Part shown: positions 63,772 to 64,000 of the stretch, one piece after another
How positions within the stretch are numbered: position 1 is the stretch's first letter
Layout of the letters: every line of letters starts with the position of its first letter
From: Octopus bimaculoides
Lineage: Eukaryota
Assembly (NCBI RefSeq): GCF_001194135.2
Contig: NC_069007.1
Span: forward strand, 6,139,132-6,203,131
Length of the DNA: 64,000 nucleotides
Direction: 5' to 3'
Program-made: the position numbers and the translations under genes
Notes under the pieces: generated by a model
Told to the model about the DNA's origin: nothing
The model's database searches: none
The model's input: the letters and a program-made list of their open reading frames with translations, nothing else

Positions 63772-63954
63772 TATATTTGTGTTTTATCCTGCATGGAGAC
63801 GAACACTAACAACATCCCAGATGACAAACTTGAATACTTGTTGATGTCTCTCTCAACATGAAACCAATGGTAGTCTGGTTATCCCATGGAAATATAATAT
63901 TTATCCACCGATGTGGTATTGAGCACTCATTCTCCTTGTTCAATATTAACATAC

Positions 63955-64000
<46 letters not shown>

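Overview
AT-rich, microsatellite-saturated animal nuclear DNA with many N gaps. It is most likely an Octopus/cephalopod draft scaffold, inferred from the tRNA-SINE families and repeat style. No intact host gene, rRNA, true tRNA gene or CRISPR array is supportable. The window is a layered transposon field: at least five SINE-like families (several copies with intact TSDs), decayed mariner (DD34D), rosa (DD41D) and maT (DD37) elements, a hAT-like element, piggyBac-type MITE arrays, a Helitron remnant, a Ty3/gypsy 5' LTR-PBS-gag piece, and RTE, R4/Dong-like and Penelope-like (PLE) fragments. Two less obvious signals stand out. (1) About seven type-I hammerhead ribozyme motifs; four of them sit as divergent pairs inside long inverted repeats (48.0-50.0 kb and 57.7-58.1 kb). 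(2) Much of the apparently unique DNA between the TEs reads, on the + strand, as decayed LRR / LRR-CT / TM / TIR-like coding sequence, suggesting a shattered cluster of Toll-like-receptor-type genes. Most ORF-track entries are microsatellite or gap artefacts. All family assignments come from motif recognition by eye, with no database search.
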